A DNA stretch of 64,000 bases from contig CP147778.1 in the NCBI GenBank assembly GCA_037305845.1, positions 2,176,001 to 2,240,000 of the forward strand, read 5' to 3'. Numbering within the stretch: the first letter of the stretch is position 1; each line of letters starts with the position of its first letter. Shown here piece by piece: positions 61,870 through 64,000 of the stretch. This stretch comes from Candidatus Freyarchaeum deiterrae. GTDB lineage: Archaea; Asgardarchaeota; Jordiarchaeia; Jordiarchaeales; Jordiarchaeaceae. A program made the position numbers and the translations under genes. The notes under the pieces are model-generated. The model was not told the DNA's origin, did no database searches, and saw nothing but the letters and a program-made list of their open reading frames with translations.

Positions 61870-62664
61870 TCAATTCTCAAGAATTTTCTTAGGCGCTCCC
61901 GCTAGTTTCACCAGTGCTTCGGCTTCCTTAAAGTGAAGCTTCCCTGCAACTATAAGAATATGTGGAGGGGGACCGAAATCAAAGGAATTTAGATCATCGA
62001 TAAAGCCTGCATGCACCACTGGTTCGGGTGAACCCGCTCTCGCAACTCCCACTAAAACGGTGTCTCTGAGTATCTGTCTTCTTTTTTTACTATCAAAGTG
62101 AATCAAAAACTCTAATCCCTCATTAATAGTCATATATCGAGATGCGTCAGCTTTAATATCCAAAAAAACGAGGGTGTGAAGCCCTCTGAACCAGTTCTTC
62201 CTAACCACTGAATAGGGAGACTCTGGAAAATAACTCGCCTCGGGAAATGGTATACTAACCGACATTCCAAACTTGTAATTAGCCAACCCACAAATACTAG
62301 GAGCTGCAGAAATAATTGAGGGTGCATGAATAATTTTAGAATCTATACCCATCTCGAGTGCACGCAGCCTCAAATCAACGTGGGTTGTCGAGATTAATGG
62401 ATCTCCAGGAACCAGAAAAACAACATCACTCTCCAATGCCTCTCGTAAAATGGATTCATGGGGATTCTCCTCAACATCCTTTCTGGAGAGCACCAAAATA
62501 CTCTTACCAATCAGCTTCTCCAAATGTTTAAGGTTAAGGCCCCCCATTATGCTCGTGTAAAATTCGGCGTAAATCTTCTCAGCTTTCCGTGCTTCCTCTA
62601 ACCCTCTCAGTGTTAAATCGCACTCATCCCATAAACCCAAACCAACAAATACTAGTTTACCCAT
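61870..62664 (-). CDS. dph5: Diphthine synthase
   Basis: GLGL, EFYTS, GDPLISTTH, YKFG, HTLVFLDI. Confidence 0.95.
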   Translation of the reverse strand: MGKLVFVGLGLWDECDLTLRGLEEARKAEKIYAEFYTSIMGGLNLKHLEKLIGKSILVLSRKDVEENPHESILREALESDVVFLVPGDPLISTTHVDLRLRALEMGIDSKIIHAPSIISAAPSICGLANYKFGMSVSIPFPEASYFPESPYSVVRKNWFRGLHTLVFLDIKADASRYMTINEGLEFLIHFDSKKRRQILRDTVLVGVARAGSPEPVVHAGFIDDLNSFDFGPPPHILIVAGKLHFKEAEALVKLAGAPKKILEN

Positions 62665-62742
62665 TCGAAAACATCCCCGTGAAACAAACTGGTATCTAGA
62701 AGAATCCTAATCGAACAATCAAAGTCGCCGTCTACTTGGTAA

Positions 62743-63162
62743 CTAACTTTCAACTATAGGCATGAAAACCGCTTTTACTTGTTGAATTCCTCTAATTCCT
62801 CTTATTCTGCCCATTAAATCTAATAATCTTTTAGACTCGCCTTCAGCAATAAGAATCTCCAAGCAGTACTGATCTTTTATATGCCGGTGTATGTTCTCAA
62901 TGATAATGTCATTAAATTCGTGGCGAAATTCCGAGATTCTGTTTTCTACATCACTTCTCTTATACTCGCTGGTCACCATAATTGTCGCTGACGATTTTTT
63001 CTCTCCAAGTTTATTAATCTCCGACTCAGCAATTAGATTGCGGATTGCATCTCTAAAAGCCTCAGACCTGCTGTAATAACCTCTAGTTTCCATAAACTTT
63101 TCAAACTGCTCCAATAAATCCTCAGGCAAAGTTATACTAACCACAGTCACATAAATCACCAA
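62743..63162 (-). CDS. nikR: NikR-family ribbon-helix-helix regulator
   Basis: SITLP...YYSRSEAFRDAIR; HRH...CLE metal site. Confidence 0.85.
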   Translation of the reverse strand: MVIYVTVVSITLPEDLLEQFEKFMETRGYYSRSEAFRDAIRNLIAESEINKLGEKKSSATIMVTSEYKRSDVENRISEFRHEFNDIIIENIHRHIKDQYCLEILIAEGESKRLLDLMGRIRGIRGIQQVKAVFMPIVES

Positions 63163-63269
63163 TATTAATCATTAATCTCGAAATTAATATCTAAGTAATA
63201 TTTATTAGCTGTTTTCTGACACTAAGTTAATATATTTTACATTTATAGTTTCCGATGAGGGCGTTACAT

Positions 63270-64000
63270 ATGGAAAAAAGTGTAGACCAAGAAACCGAGT
63301 GCCAAACTGTATGTGAACTTGAAGGCGTTCACTGCGCTGCCTGCGCAGACAGAGTAGAGAAGGTTCTATCGACCGTAGAAGGAGTTAGCAAAGCGAAAAT
63401 AAATTTCGCTGCAAAAACACTAACTGTTAAATATAACAAAGAAAAGGTCAGCATAGACGAAATCAAAGAGACGGCAAAAAAGATAGGTTACAACCTTAAA
63501 TACCACGAAAAACCGAAGACTGGGACCAGAAAATATATTCCAGATATAATTAGAATTGCCACAATTGGCATCCTCATGTTTCTTAGTTGGTCTGGTTTAT
63601 CACCCTTATACATGGGATATGATGTATCCGTAATTGCAGTAGCTCTGGGTACCTATCCCATACTAAAGGATGCTTTCTTTTCTCTGAGAGCTAAGGATAT
63701 TGATGTTTCTGTTTTTATGAGCATTGCAATTATTGCCACAGTCATTCTGAAACAGTTTCTAGCCGCAGCTGCTATAACGTTCTTCGTTCTCATAGCTTGG
63801 TTTGTAGAGGAGTTCACGGTGGACAGAAGTCGAAAAGCTATCGAGGAAATCATGGAAATAGCCCCAAAGAATGCACTAGTACTAAGAGATGGAAAAGAAT
63901 CACTAGTATCCACGGAAGAAATCCAAAACGCAGATGTAGTTATAGTACGATCAGGAGAAAAAATTCCGGTAGATGGCAGAATAATATCCGGAGATGCTTT
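63270..64000 (+). CDS. Heavy-metal P1B-type ATPase with N-terminal HMA domain (3' partial)
   Basis: GVHCAAC HMA motif, TM helices, SGEKIPVDG actuator motif; not in ORF track because it runs off the window. Confidence 0.9.
   Translation, partial: MEKSVDQETECQTVCELEGVHCAACADRVEKVLSTVEGVSKAKINFAAKTLTVKYNKEKVSIDEIKETAKKIGYNLKYHEKPKTGTRKYIPDIIRIATIGILMFLSWSGLSPLYMGYDVSVIAVALGTYPILKDAFFSLRAKDIDVSVFMSIAIIATVILKQFLAAAAITFFVLIAWFVEEFTVDRSRKAIEEIMEIAPKNALVLRDGKESLVSTEEIQNADVVIVRSGEKIPVDGRIISGDA

Overview
Gene-dense archaeal housekeeping window with about 75 CDS and many TTG starts. I found no rRNA, tRNA, CRISPR array or IS element. Gene content (SepRS, a longin-like protein, EMC6-like and DPM2-like membrane proteins, multi-OB RPA, eIF2-gamma, eS24/eS27a/eS30/eL40, KEOPS) fits an Asgard-type archaeon; this is inference. 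The main result is that two conserved genes are each interrupted inside a signature motif by a short frame-breaking insert that folds into a bulge-helix-bulge (BHB) splicing substrate. kae1 has a 28-nt insert (27715-27742) in GPGL^GPCL with a canonical BHB. The ychF/OLA1-family NTPase has a 31-nt insert (15690-15720) in the Walker A lysine codon with a relaxed BHB. Removing them restores 340-aa and 400-aa proteins, pointing to tRNA-type introns in mRNA beyond the known cbf5 case. Other points: a truncated CysRS paralog with altered Zn ligands alongside SepRS, an MttB/corrinoid/core-MetE methyl-transfer module, a 332-bp tandem duplication of a DnaJ-type zinc-finger microprotein, several small genes missed by the ORF track, and three genes lacking a canonical start where expected. 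All protein calls come from motif recognition by eye, not database searches.
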